Assembly (NCBI RefSeq): GCF_009914755.1
Contig: NC_060928.1
Direction: 5' to 3' (one strand)
DNA length: 64,000 nt
Origin: the human T2T-CHM13v2.0 reference genome, Homo sapiens
Each line of letters starts with the position of its first letter. Positions within the stretch are counted from its first letter, which is position 1. This document shows, piece after piece, positions 62,130-64,000 of the stretch. The notes beneath the pieces were generated by a model. That model was not told the origin of the DNA, ran no database searches, and saw only the letters and a list, made by a program, of their open reading frames with translations. The position numbers and the translations under genes were made by a program.

Positions 62130-63270
62130 CACACATTTTGCAGCTGTATTGTATGGTGCAGGCATGGTTAGGATTGCTATATCTTCTTGGTGGAGTGATC
62201 TTTTTAACATTATATCATTATGTAATGTCACTCCCTGTCTCTGATATTTTCTTTACTCTGAAGTTTACTTTATCTGATATTTATACTGTGTATACAATAT
62301 TGTGTTAATTCAGTCACTCCTGCTTTCTTTAGATTAATGTTTGCATGATATATCTTTCTCCATATGCTTATTTCAACCTACCTTCTCATTATATTTGCAG
62401 TGAATTTCTTGCACATGACATATATTGGTTTTTTTAAAAATCCATTCTCCCAATCTCTGCCTTTAATTGATGTGTGCATTAGTCTGTTCTCACACTGCTA
62501 TGAAGAAATACCTAAGACTGGGTAATTTATAAAGAAAAGAGGTTTAATTGACTCACAGTTCTGCATGGCTGGGAAGGCCTCAGGAAACTTACAATCAGGG
62601 TGGAAGGCACGTCTTCACGGGGTGGCAGGAGAGAGAATGAGTGTCAGCAGGGGAAATGCCAGATGCTTATAAAACCATCAGATCTCGTGAGCACTCACTC
62701 ACTATCACGAGAACAGCCTGGGGGAAACTGCCCCCTCGATTCAATTACCTCCCACCGGGTCCCTCCCACGAGGGATTATAGGGGTTACAATTCAAGATGA
62801 GATTTGAGTGGGGACACAGCCAAGCTATGTCAGTGTGTTTAGATCCTTTGCATTTATGTAGCTCTAAATATGGTAGGGCTTAAGTTGGCCATATTTTTTT
62901 TTCTCCCTTTTTAACTTTCTTTTTTTTTTTTTCTGCTTTCCTGTGAGCTATGTAAACATTTTTTAGGATTCCATTTTTATTTATCTGTAGTGTTTTTGAG
63001 TGTGTCTCTTTGTATGGGTTTTTAAGTGGTTGCTCTAGGTACTGCATTATGTATACATAACTTATCACAGGCTACTGTTGTAGTCATTTTACCATTTGAG
63101 TAAAGTATAAAAACATTACCCCCCTTTGTCCCTCTGTCATACTCCGTTTATAATGTAATTGTCTTAAATAGCTCCTTCACATACATTGAGAACCACAGAG
63201 AGTGTTACAGTTTTTGCTTCAACCGTCAAGCATAATTTAGACAATTCAAGGGGAGGAGGAAAGCCTCAGG
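62130..63270 (-). mobile_element. Old L1 (L1MC/MD-like) inter-ORF/ORF2 5' fragment split by THE1
   Basis: ttaggattgctatatcttcttggtggagtgatc...ctctgaagtttactttatctgatatt...caatctctgcctttaattg | tgtttagatc. Confidence 0.8.
62475..62832 (-). mobile_element. THE1C/D solo LTR
   Basis: tgcattagtctgttctcacactgctatgaagaaatacc...gggacacagccaagctatgtca; TSD atgtg/gtgtg. Confidence 0.95.
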
Positions 63271-63842
63271 TTCACCGTGAGCACTGTGATGGCTGTGACA
63301 TGAGCCACAGTCAACTGCTGCCTGTGTATGATGGAGCACACTGGTTTGTGAACCACAACCTCATTCTATGTATGGGAAACTGAGGTTCAGAGAGGCTGAG
63401 CCACTTGTCTGAGGTCACACAGCAAAATTGACTGCGTACTTCCTATGTGCCAGGCCCTGTGCTTGCCTCTGATGCTGTGAAAATGAATGAGGCCTGTCCC
63501 CCATCTGCCCAAGAAACACATTTTCTTCCCTCTGTCAGTCCTTCAAGTAAGGGGGCAAGGAAGCTAACATTTGGGGGTCCCAATATGTGCCAAGCAGTGG
63601 GCTGGGGCATTACAAGTGGTGGCTCATGTGACTCTGAGATTCCACCATGGCTGAAATGTGCTGGCATCTGCTCATCTTTCAAGTCTGTTTGTGGCTTTTC
63701 GCTGCTTGAACCTGCCAGCCTCAGGGCGCCCATGTGTGGAGGAGACCCTAAGTGGGACCCACTCTCACCTCTGCATGACAAGCATGCTCGGGAGCGAGGA
63801 AAATATATCAGAGAGCACGCTGGAAGGGCTGGTCATATGTGC

Positions 63843-64000
63843 CGATTTGGTTTGGCTGTGTCCCCACCCAAATCTCATCTTGAATTGCAGCTCCCACAAT
63901 TCCCACATATTGCGGGAGGGACCGGGTGGGAGATAATTGAATCATGGGGGCGGTTTCGCCCATACTATTCTCATGGTAGTGAATAAGTCTCCTGAGATCT
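63843..64000 (+). mobile_element. THE1B-like LTR, truncated by the window end
   Basis: ggtttggctgtgtccccacccaaatctcatcttgaattg..gggagataattgaatcatgggggc. Confidence 0.9.

Overview
This is anthropoid primate (probably human) GC-rich, non-coding genomic DNA. It carries AluJ/AluS elements, THE1/MST/MLT1 MaLR LTRs, MER21B, LTR33, L1M/L2/L3 LINE fragments, MIRs and several hAT DNA-transposon relics, many nested inside each other with visible target-site duplications (TSDs). I find no credible protein-coding exon, RNA gene or CRISPR array. The only ORFs with recognisable homology are broken L1 ORF2 fragments and Alu read-throughs. I cannot place the locus from sequence alone. The most notable structures not explained by transposons are: (1) a ~53-bp minisatellite at 54.2-54.6 kb whose units carry TCF/LEF consensus sites (GCTTTGATC) plus Maf-half and KLF/SP sites, like a natural TOPflash array, next to a MEF2/E-box cluster; (2) a ~2-kb hierarchical satellite of 49+5n-bp units built from CTNNA pentamers, lying inside a MIR; (3) a 44-bp-arm hairpin directly beside a 26-bp VNTR; (4) a CpG-rich 31-bp VNTR; (5) several short local non-tandem duplications of 19-170 bp. 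Repeat subfamily calls come from my recall of consensus sequences, and their boundaries are approximate unless a TSD is given. All functional interpretations are inference.
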